From contig JAVYOA010000009.1 of NCBI GenBank assembly GCA_038734945.1, forward strand, positions 1-64,000: a stretch of 64,000 bases of DNA, written 5' to 3'. The stretch's first letter is position 1, and every line of letters begins with the position of its first letter. The translations under genes were made by a program, and so were the position numbers. Below are positions 40,312 through 48,254 of the stretch, piece by piece. Under the pieces are notes generated by a model. The model was not told where the DNA came from. It did no database searches and saw only the letters and a program-made list of their open reading frames with translations. The DNA is from Fervidicoccaceae archaeon (lineage in GTDB: Archaea > Thermoproteota > Thermoprotei_A > Sulfolobales > Fervidicoccaceae).

Positions 40312-41955
40312 TCACCTTCCCTGCTTCATATATGCCTTGAGATATTCTTCATAGAGAACATCGAGCTTCTTGCTATCCAAATTTCCTCTCAGGGCAGCAG
40401 TTGCTGCCGCCAAGGCCGATATCGCGTTTGTTGGATAGACAAGCACACCCTCCGACTCCAGCTTTCTCACCTGCTCCTCAAATCCCTGGGGGTCTTCCTT
40501 AACTCCCAACACATAGCCTATGATAATGAGATGCCTACCATCTCTCTCAGCTATTCTCTTTGCTTCCCTTATAGCATCCAGATGAGCTCCTGCAGGATCT
40601 GGGTGACTTCCATATCCGAGCACGAAGTCCATTAGTATAACAGCAACTTCGGGATCCTTAGCTTCATCTATAAGTCTTATCCTTCTGATGGTTGGATCTA
40701 TCATTGGATGCGCTCTGCCAGCAGTAAATTCTTCCTCTCCTAGATCCACTACCGTATTGCCAACGCTCTTGAAAGGATCTTCGAGCTTTCTCTGTCCCTT
40801 TAGTGGGGCATTGCTGTATATCTCTATTCCAAGGAGATCGAATATCATTAGAGCCTCGCTGGTAAGCGTGCCTCCTGTATATAGTGCCCTAATGTACTTC
40901 TGCGAGCTTTTCAGCTTTTCATAATGCGGCTTAAGAGAATCTCTCAATTTCCCAAAAGGTATTGTGTATTTTTCCCATATCTGTTCATATGTTGATTGTG
41001 AAACCAATCTAACAGCTTCAAGTGCCGTTGCGTGCAGAGTTCTAGCGACACTTACCCTTTCTCCCATTCCTTCAGGTATCCTCATATCAACCTTTCCCAT
41101 GAAGCCAAGAACGATGGGCTTTTTTGTGTTCTCGGCTGCAAAATTAAGTATAGAGTCCAGCGTTTCCTGCTGCGGCGGCTTTGATACTATTGTGATTATC
41201 TTTGTGGAAGGATCCCTCTCCAGATAGAGGAGAGAAAGCTTAGTCATTAGCCCCCCCACATAGTTCTTAACATCTCCTCCCCCAACTCCTAGCCCATGAG
41301 AGATTCCAAGACCCATGTTATGAATTAGTGAACTCACTTCCTGAAGACCTGTTCCTGCTGCTGCTATTATTCCAATTGGTCCTCTCCTCACGGCGTTTGC
41401 GAATGCTATGGCTTTTCCATTGATTATTGATGTTCCTGCTCCAGGTCCAAGAACGAGAAGACCTCTCTCATAAGCGTATTTTTTCAGCTCAACTTCATGC
41501 TCCTCAGGAACATGGTCGCTGAACAAATGGACATGGATTCCTCTTTCGAGAAGCTTCATAGTAACGTCCCTAGCATATTCCCCTGGAACCGAGACTATAG
41601 CCAAGTTAGCGTCAGGCAATGCGCTAATTGCTGATTCCAGGTCGAGGTACTCCATTTCTCCACCAGATACCGGGGCGCTCAGAAGCTCCCTTGCTTTTGC
41701 TAATGCATTATCCAGCGAAGCATTGTCCTTCGCAGCAATAGCAATAAAGAGATCAGAATCACCGGCCTTTTCAACTTCAGGAAGGAGAAGTCCGAGCTGC
41801 TTGGCTATTTCCTTGTTGGTTTCAGTTCCCATTGCCACGATAGCTTCGAGAACCCCGCTGAGCTTTTTCAGCTCCTCGCTTATTTTCATGAGCTGAAGAC
41901 TATCTCTCATAAGGTTCTTTTCAACTATAACCCCACTTACTCTATCCTGCGACAC
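40312..41955 (-). CDS. fdrA: FdrA/AllF/YahF-like protein (succinyl-CoA ligase alpha-like fold)
   Basis: DSLQLM, MGT..N, SVPGEYA, FSD.V..E..LK, GTGLQE, SKPP, GGTL, HPMIDP, DFVLGYGSH.DP. Confidence 0.92.
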   Translation of the reverse strand: MSQDRVSGVIVEKNLMRDSLQLMKISEELKKLSGVLEAIVAMGTETNKEIAKQLGLLLPEVEKAGDSDLFIAIAAKDNASLDNALAKARELLSAPVSGGEMEYLDLESAISALPDANLAIVSVPGEYARDVTMKLLERGIHVHLFSDHVPEEHEVELKKYAYERGLLVLGPGAGTSIINGKAIAFANAVRRGPIGIIAAAGTGLQEVSSLIHNMGLGISHGLGVGGGDVKNYVGGLMTKLSLLYLERDPSTKIITIVSKPPQQETLDSILNFAAENTKKPIVLGFMGKVDMRIPEGMGERVSVARTLHATALEAVRLVSQSTYEQIWEKYTIPFGKLRDSLKPHYEKLKSSQKYIRALYTGGTLTSEALMIFDLLGIEIYSNAPLKGQRKLEDPFKSVGNTVVDLGEEEFTAGRAHPMIDPTIRRIRLIDEAKDPEVAVILMDFVLGYGSHPDPAGAHLDAIREAKRIAERDGRHLIIIGYVLGVKEDPQGFEEQVRKLESEGVLVYPTNAISALAAATAALRGNLDSKKLDVLYEEYLKAYMKQGR

Positions 41956-42004
41956 TATTTCTCACCTATGAATAGCGAAAAAGAGGAAAAAATTTTTAAA
42001 AAAA

Positions 42005-42889
42005 TTACTCAGGACCATTACATATCGCGAATATTCTTGCGAAGGCCGATTCTGCTCCTTCCACCTTAATTGGTGCTCCAGATATGAGGCAGCGCTTGTT
42101 TAGAACTTTTGATATCTCCCCTCCGAGGTTCTCAGCATGCAGCACTCCTCTTGGGAAAGTGTATGTGTGAAGCACCTGGTAGTTCTTTGGCCACGGCATC
42201 ACTTCGTCAACAGACTTTCCAAACTTCTCCTTGAAGAGATCTGCAATATCTGGTCTAACTCTCCTAATAACTGTATCGAGCGGGTGGTCCTGGCTTATGG
42301 CATCTACACCAGTCCACTTGAGCTGCTTCTTAACACACCACTCAGCAAACTCAGCAGTAGGTCCGGGATGCATTAGCTGATACCTCACAGTATCAGCGGT
42401 TGGCTGATCCCATTGATACTTGTGATATCCCGTGTGAATAATCAAAATATCTCCTGGCTTCAATTCGAGGTTGTGCTCCTTCAGCTTCCTCTCAATCATT
42501 TCCGATGTGTATATACTCAGATCCTCCACTTCATCACTTATATCAACGATCACTCCTTCTCCAACAAAATGGTCAAGAGGAATCATGTCTATTGATGGGG
42601 CTCCAGGGTCAAAATGAATTGGACCATCCATGTGTGTTCCGATGTGCCACGCAGTTTCAATAGCCTGCGCTTGGACTTTGTTCTCAGGAAGAGTCTTTAT
42701 CCAGTACATCTTGAATGGTGGATATGTTGGAAAGGGCGGCGCATATATACCGAGGGGCTGACTCAAGTCGTAAATTCTTGCCTCGTCCCAATTAATGAGC
42801 TTGCTCCACTTGTATTTTGGTTTTGGTATGTATGCCTTTATGTATGGTTTTTCCAACCTAGAAGAATAGTTTATGCTCAATTCCATCAC
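42005..42889 (-). CDS. Cyclase family metal amidohydrolase (kynurenine formamidase/isatin hydrolase fold)
   Basis: DLSQP, HIGTHMDGPIH (HxGTHxDxPxH), HTG, GVD..S.DHP, ENL, P.K..G.E.A.AR. Confidence 0.9.
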   Translation of the reverse strand: MMELSINYSSRLEKPYIKAYIPKPKYKWSKLINWDEARIYDLSQPLGIYAPPFPTYPPFKMYWIKTLPENKVQAQAIETAWHIGTHMDGPIHFDPGAPSIDMIPLDHFVGEGVIVDISDEVEDLSIYTSEMIERKLKEHNLELKPGDILIIHTGYHKYQWDQPTADTVRYQLMHPGPTAEFAEWCVKKQLKWTGVDAISQDHPLDTVIRRVRPDIADLFKEKFGKSVDEVMPWPKNYQVLHTYTFPRGVLHAENLGGEISKVLNKRCLISGAPIKVEGAESAFARIFAICNGPE

Positions 42890-43077
42890 TTCACTTTTTT
42901 ATTACAATTATTAATAACTAAACTTAACAATTATAAAAGTTTTCCTCTAATATTACCTGAATTCAGGCAGAAAATCCATCATCATAAATTTGGCTCCATT
43001 TTAACCTCCAATCCTAGCCTCTTGCCTGCAAAGTTTTAAATTCCCTTACGGAATCTTTTTATTGTTGAAATGATTGC

Positions 43078-43151
43078 GGGCCCGTGGCTCAGCCAGGTAG
43101 AGCAGCGGGCTTTTAACCCGTTGGTCCCGGGTTCAAATCCCGGCGGGCCCG
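43078..43151 (+). tRNA. tRNA-Lys(TTT)
   Basis: Acceptor GGGCCCG/CGGGCCC, D arm GCTC/GAGC, anticodon arm GCGGG-CTTTTAA-CCCGT, T loop TTCAAAT. CCA not encoded. Confidence 0.95.
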
Positions 43152-43281
43152 CATCTCATATCTCACTTGCTTGAGCTTGATGCTCTCTGCTCCTTAAAAT
43201 ACAAAGAAATCGATCACAAATCTAAAATAATGGATGGTCAAGTTATAAAGAAGTGAGTGCTTGTCTACATGGTGATTCAAT

Positions 43282-44028
43282 TTGTCAAAAGTGCTCGTAG
43301 AATATCCTGAAGCTGCAGTCTTCAAGAATCTATTCGAAGCAATATCAAAGCTACTTGAGGAGGTAAGAATATCCTTTTCAGAGGAAGGAATGAAGATAAA
43401 AGCCATGGATCCTAGCAACGTTGCCCTCATCGACGTATCATTCACCCAGGATTCATTCTCAGAGTACCAGGTAGAGAATCCAATGAGCGTTGGGCTAAGC
43501 TTGAGCACAGTGCTGAAGGTGATGAAGAGGGCGAGGAGAGGAGACAGGCTAGAAATAGAGGCAGACGAGGAAAACGTGCTCATGAGGCTGATATCCTCGT
43601 CTAGAAGAGAATACAGGCTGAGAAACATAGAGGTAGCATCACAGGAAATCCCAGAGCTGAACTTGAGCTTCACTGTGAAGGTTAGGTTGCTATCAGATCC
43701 CTTAAAGGTTATTTTGAAGGATGCTGAGCTGGCTGGGAGCAGTGCTGTGTTTGAGGCAACTGAAGATGGAAAGCTGCTTATTTACAGCGAGGAAAGAGGA
43801 AAATACAGAACTGAAATAACCAAAGACTCCAGCTCTGTTCTTGAGCTAACGGTAAAAGAGAGAGCAAAGAGCTCCTATGATATTCTCTATCTTTCTAACA
43901 TTCTCTCTCTGACTAAAGTGAGCGACTCCCTCTCCTTGGAGTTTTCATCGCAGGCACCATTGAAAATGGAGTTCGAGGTAATGGGGAAGGGGAAAATAGT
44001 TTATTTCCTCGCCCCAACTCAAGTCTGA
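43282..44028 (+). CDS. pcn: DNA sliding clamp PCNA
   Basis: AMDPSNVALID, KSSYD..YL, PLKMEF, YFLAP. Confidence 0.92.
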   Translation: MSKVLVEYPEAAVFKNLFEAISKLLEEVRISFSEEGMKIKAMDPSNVALIDVSFTQDSFSEYQVENPMSVGLSLSTVLKVMKRARRGDRLEIEADEENVLMRLISSSRREYRLRNIEVASQEIPELNLSFTVKVRLLSDPLKVILKDAELAGSSAVFEATEDGKLLIYSEERGKYRTEITKDSSSVLELTVKERAKSSYDILYLSNILSLTKVSDSLSLEFSSQAPLKMEFEVMGKGKIVYFLAPTQV

Positions 44029-44115
44029 GTTTCAGATGGAGTTATTCTTCCCTTTTTTTAAATGAGGAAAAATATAAAATTGCTCTCATTTAAAAAATAA
44101 ATGATGCTCAGTAGA

Positions 44116-44317
44116 GGGCCCGTAGCTCAGCCAGGCAGAGCAGCGGTCTTCGGGCATTCCCGTCCGGAGGCTGAAGCTCCAGTCAGCTATCGCTGGCCTG
44201 GCCCGTCATGCTATAACTTGACGGGTCTGTTGACCCATTGGGGATGAAATGTGACTGGAATAGGATAGCTTGAGAGAGACCCGAAGGTCGGGGGTTCAAA
44301 TCCCCCCGGGCCCACCA
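44116..44317 (+). tRNA. tRNA-Trp(CCA) with two introns (44147-44175 at 30/31; 44183-44278 at 37/38)
   Basis: Removing both introns gives GGGCCCGTAGCTCAGCCAGGCAGAGCA GCGGG CT CCA GA CCCGA AGGTC GGGGG TTCAAAT CCCCC CGGGCCC A CCA. Strict BHB around intron 1, relaxed BHB around intron 2. Confidence 0.88.
44183..44278 (+). ncRNA. Intron-encoded C/D-box-like guide RNA in tRNA-Trp
   Basis: CGGGTCTG + TTGA (D') + GGGATGA (C'). The N+5 rule points to C39. TGACTGGA is antisense to the anticodon region. Terminal C/D boxes not clearly recognisable. Confidence 0.6.
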
Positions 44318-44425
44318 CATATAAGGGAAAAAGGGCTCCTGGCATCTCGGTCCTCCACTTTTCCCTCTCAAATAAAGTAGATTAATTTAGAGATAGATAT
44401 TATTCTCAATTGAGGGATTGTCCAA

Positions 44426-45649
44426 ATGGTAGAGCCGTGGATAGGAAAAGCAGCAACTTTTAATTACTTCAGCGGAGCATCTCAGGATGGAGCATTTCTA
44501 GACTCACTTGTTTTCTCCATTCACAACATTGAAGCGATAATAATCGATCCCATGCTCTCCAAAACATTGGGGAGGGAAAATGCTATCCTAAAGCAAACAA
44601 AAGCAGTTAAGCTAGCTCTTTTTGCCAGAGACTTTCCAGCTGAAGCTTTGAGGTTCATATCAGAGCTCGACACACCTATCATACATTACGCGAGGGATAA
44701 AGATGCAATATTCTCTGTAGCAGATCTTGGCATAAGACCATCGGTGATCTTGGCTGACGAGAGCATCCCAACTGGCTTAGGATGCATGGGTGATTCTACA
44801 GAGAAGGCAAAATGCGTTTCCTCGTCCTCAGGATCATCCCATGTTCTACTCTTGGACAGAGACGAAGACATCTTCTTTTCGAAAGGAAGAACTAAGCTCT
44901 TCACAAAGAGAGGGGAAGAACCTGGGTGGAGGGCCGAGATTCTCTCAGCTCATATAACAGCTCTTATCGCTTCTGGTTTTGACGCAGAGAGTGCAGTCGA
45001 TCGTGCAGAGAGCGAGCTGGAAGACCTGCTCAAATTATCAGGATCCCACTCGAACCCAATCCTTCCCCTTATAAGAGAGAAGGAGAGGATGAGGGCAATT
45101 AGATCCGTGAAAACAGCAGTAGATATGATAATAAAGAGGTCCGAGCTTCTGAGCAAAATCTCTCCTGAGGTTGGTATTAACGTTGCAGAGAGCGTCCCAT
45201 GCTGGCTGATAACTGGAAGGGAAGATGTCGCTGCCGTAGAAGGAAGAATTGTCAGGGTCAAAGATACTCTAAGGCAGGTTGGATGTGTGGAGCTAGGTGC
45301 TTCGAGTCATCTTGCTAGAGCGCTGATTGAGAGCTGCCGGCACTCATCTTCCATCAGAGGAGTCGTAAACATAGCATACAGCCCAGAACTGGTGGAGGCA
45401 TCAAGGAGAATTGGGCTGAAGATAGTATTTGTGGACAGAAGAAAGGAGCCTCCAGAAATCAGGGAAAAGGAAGGAGCTACCATGGGATGGGTAATATCAG
45501 AGGCCTATAGAATGCTTGGGGGAGAGGCTCCAGATGCAATTTATGATGTGGGAGATGTAGGAAAAGAGGCAATGATTCGCTTTTTTGGGAGAACAGCACC
45601 GGAAGCAGTTGAAAAGCTGATAAAAACAGCAGAGGAAGCTCTCAAGTGA
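44426..45649 (+). CDS. thiN: ThiDN-like fusion: degenerate ThiD-like N-domain plus ThiN thiamine-phosphate synthase
   Basis: C-domain PEVGIN, AVEGRI, GASSHLAR, NIAY, DRRKEP, EG.TM.W, D.GDVGKE. N-domain has only SGA..G...D remnants. Confidence 0.75.
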   Translation: MVEPWIGKAATFNYFSGASQDGAFLDSLVFSIHNIEAIIIDPMLSKTLGRENAILKQTKAVKLALFARDFPAEALRFISELDTPIIHYARDKDAIFSVADLGIRPSVILADESIPTGLGCMGDSTEKAKCVSSSSGSSHVLLLDRDEDIFFSKGRTKLFTKRGEEPGWRAEILSAHITALIASGFDAESAVDRAESELEDLLKLSGSHSNPILPLIREKERMRAIRSVKTAVDMIIKRSELLSKISPEVGINVAESVPCWLITGREDVAAVEGRIVRVKDTLRQVGCVELGASSHLARALIESCRHSSSIRGVVNIAYSPELVEASRRIGLKIVFVDRRKEPPEIREKEGATMGWVISEAYRMLGGEAPDAIYDVGDVGKEAMIRFFGRTAPEAVEKLIKTAEEALK

Positions 45650-45683
45650 TTTTATATATAACGATGAGAAAGATATTTGGGGA

Positions 45684-46766
45684 ATGTACATGCTCTCAAA
45701 ACATCCTCTGGAGCTTCCTCCCAAGAGACAGCTCTCAAGGGAGGAAATAATGGAGGCCCTGAGGCTCAACATAATTGCTGAGCTTGATGCAGTGAACCTG
45801 TACGAACAATTAGCAAACTACACTTCAGACGATAATGTTAGAAAGGTTCTGCTCGATATAGCAAAGGAGGAGAAAACTCACGCTGGTGAGTTCCTTGCTC
45901 TGCTGAAGAGCCTAGATCCAGAGCAAGTAGCAGAGCTTGCAGCTGGGGCTGAAGAGGTGAAGAAACTCACAGGAATATCAGCAGAGGATCCCCCCATTTC
46001 CCAAGCAGAATTGGGCTCTAGGAACGGAACTTTTTTGGAAGGAATCAGCAAAAAGGTTCTAGATGCAGCTGAGGGAGCCAGATTCCTCAGAAACATCCTT
46101 CCTGTCCTCAAGCTAGGAAGAGGGACGGAATTCGTTCAAGTTGTATCATCAAACGGTGAACTAAAATTCTCCCAACTGCATGAAATAAGCCTCTCATTCT
46201 CAATAAAGCAGAGAGAACTTGATTTTTGGAAGAAAACAGGACAAATACCCGAGCTGGTCCAGGCACAAAATGCTGGAATAAAGCTGGCTATGCTCGAGGA
46301 CGACTTCATACTTAGAGGTTCAGAGAAGGAAAAATATCCAGGACTGCTCACTTGTGAATCTGTGCAGAGATTACAAATAAGTGACTGGAGTCAGCCCAAC
46401 AACAGCGTGGCCGATGCTGCGCTTGCTATTGGAGCCCTATTTTCCAAGGGCGCTCCCAGACCATATGCGCTGCTTCTAAGCCCAAGAGATTATGCAAATC
46501 TGCTCAGACATACAGAGAGAACTGGAGTTTCCGATCTCCAGAGAATTAAGGAGATATTTGACAGAGTAGTGATGATTCCAAGCCTTGAAGAGGGAAAGGC
46601 CGTAGCCCTCTCTCTGAACAGCGTAGTTGCTGATATTGTTCTGGGCGGAGATACTGAGGTAGATGAGGTTGGGCCGAGGGAAGATGAAGTAGAATATAGA
46701 GTTTGGGAAACAATACTGCTCAGAATAAAGTATCCAGCGGGAATAGTTGTTCTGGAAAAGAAGTAA
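45684..46766 (+). CDS. Ferritin-like protein fused to Family 1 encapsulin shell
   Basis: N-terminal ALR..IIAELDAVNLYEQ...EEKTHAGEF (encapsulated-ferritin type). C-terminal LA.LED..IL.G, PGLL, PY.LLLSP..Y, VWET...RIKYP. Confidence 0.9.
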   Translation: MYMLSKHPLELPPKRQLSREEIMEALRLNIIAELDAVNLYEQLANYTSDDNVRKVLLDIAKEEKTHAGEFLALLKSLDPEQVAELAAGAEEVKKLTGISAEDPPISQAELGSRNGTFLEGISKKVLDAAEGARFLRNILPVLKLGRGTEFVQVVSSNGELKFSQLHEISLSFSIKQRELDFWKKTGQIPELVQAQNAGIKLAMLEDDFILRGSEKEKYPGLLTCESVQRLQISDWSQPNNSVADAALAIGALFSKGAPRPYALLLSPRDYANLLRHTERTGVSDLQRIKEIFDRVVMIPSLEEGKAVALSLNSVVADIVLGGDTEVDEVGPREDEVEYRVWETILLRIKYPAGIVVLEKK

Positions 46767-46771
46767 TTTTT

Positions 46772-48097
46772 TTACACTTTTTCAGTTTCTTCCAAGGATC
46801 TGCCAGCAGTTTCCTTGCCTTTGCTCATCCAATATACCGAAGCAATAACCCCAAGAAACCAGATGAACGAGTTCAAAACTAGCATGGTCTTCGCTTCCAA
46901 TAGAATCATTGAACCTACAAAAGCAGAATTGAGAAGCCACGCTACTCCTGTTATGAACCCCGCTGCGGATGCTCTCATGCCCGTGGGAAAGAGCTCTCCT
47001 TCCAGCACGGCTATCGAGCCATATGCCCACTCAGCGAATATCATGTTTATGAATAGCGATATAGCAAAGGGAACAAAAGAAGTGCTTTCCAACAGAGCAA
47101 TTAACGAAATAGACGAGAAGAAGCCAAAAGCAAAGGAGAAGAGCAATGCATGCTTTCTGCTTCTGTCTATCAGCCATATGAATGGCAAGGCTCCGAGCGA
47201 AGCTCCAAGATTAGATATAGCAACCACAAGCGGCGCTGATTGTTCTCCGAAAGTGAAGCCTGGAGCATATGGAACGTAATAGGCTGCCAGGTTATAAGTC
47301 AGAAGCTGCGATGTAACCACAATGATAAGAACAGTAAATCTTCCAACATAGCGACTCAGGGCCTGTGAGAGGGAAATTGCCTTGCTCTCGCTAGCAATGG
47401 AAACAATGTCTCTTCTTCCAGTAAATCTCTCAACTATCATTTCTGCCTGTTCCCTCCTACCTCTCAGAAGGAGCCATCTGGGAGATTCAGGAATATGGAG
47501 TCTGGCAATAAACACTAAAATGGAAAGAGAGATGGCAGTCAGAAGTGTGTATATCATGACTGTTTGCAGGTCAGTTGTGAGCTTTGTATAGAATAGAGAG
47601 AGAGACGCAATGATTGCAGCCCCAACATTCCAGAAATTGAGAGAGAGCATGAGCATCTTTCCTCTATGCCTAGCTGGCATGAGCTCGGAGAGAGCTGCAT
47701 AAGATGGTCCGACTTCTGCCCCAACTCCATAGTTTATCAGGCTAGTTAGCAGTATTGCCTCAATGAAGCTGAGCACTCCAGAGTATGTCAGAATTGCAAA
47801 TAGGGAAGCAGAAATAGTGTATATCGATAGAGAAAGAATGAGTCCAATTCTCCTTCCAACCCTGTCTGAGAGAACTCCAAAGGTGAGAGAGCCAAGCATA
47901 AAGGAAAGGGAGTTCACCATTAAAATTGTTGAGGCTCTTGATGAAAGCTCAGGAAGCAAGTACAGTGTAGTTGGAACCAGAGAGAAGAGGACGCCGTCGA
48001 GAAAAAGGCTCATTGAAATTATAGTGAAGAGCTTCCAGTGCTCCCATCCAAGTGGAGCCTTGTCCAAGGGATTATCAGCTGTCAATATCAACACCAA
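46772..48097 (-). CDS. MFS transporter (sugar porter/aromatic acid-like)
   Basis: G.LSDRVGRR, ELMPARHRG, PESPRWL, ELFPT..R, ET.GRSLEE. Confidence 0.9.
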   Translation of the reverse strand: MVLILTADNPLDKAPLGWEHWKLFTIISMSLFLDGVLFSLVPTTLYLLPELSSRASTILMVNSLSFMLGSLTFGVLSDRVGRRIGLILSLSIYTISASLFAILTYSGVLSFIEAILLTSLINYGVGAEVGPSYAALSELMPARHRGKMLMLSLNFWNVGAAIIASLSLFYTKLTTDLQTVMIYTLLTAISLSILVFIARLHIPESPRWLLLRGRREQAEMIVERFTGRRDIVSIASESKAISLSQALSRYVGRFTVLIIVVTSQLLTYNLAAYYVPYAPGFTFGEQSAPLVVAISNLGASLGALPFIWLIDRSRKHALLFSFAFGFFSSISLIALLESTSFVPFAISLFINMIFAEWAYGSIAVLEGELFPTGMRASAAGFITGVAWLLNSAFVGSMILLEAKTMLVLNSFIWFLGVIASVYWMSKGKETAGRSLEETEKV

Positions 48098-48254
48098 AAT
48101 ATCTATGTGTTATAAACAGGTTATAAATGCACCTATAAAATATTTATTGAATGTTCAATCAACAATTCAGCAATCTTCACATTTGTATTTTCCAAACCAA
48201 AATTTATTATATATATTCCTACCTTTCATTATTAACAATAATGGTGATAAAAGG

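Noticed and set aside
35600..43151. FdrA operon as a tRNA-Lys-integrated element
   Set aside because: No integrase and no duplicated tRNA fragment (att site) found. Only adjacency supports it.
44143..44160. Apparent TCG (Arg) anticodon in the tRNA at 44116
   Set aside because: The 3' anticodon strand does not pair in that reading. The two-intron Trp model gives a proper stem and a strict BHB.
44324..44366. AGGGAAAA...TTTTCCCT inverted repeat after tRNA-Trp
   Set aside because: Short, low-complexity stem with a long loop. Cannot be supported as a terminator or MITE.
48109..48117. GTTATAAAC, a SurR-like GTTn3AAC site
   Set aside because: A single short match in AT-rich DNA overlapping a probable TATA element, expected by chance.
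47763..48254. N-terminal 164 aa of the 854-aa ORF in the track
   Set aside because: Antisense to the MFS gene and runs through AT-rich promoter DNA. The signal peptide and GGTGA RBS place the start at 48255.
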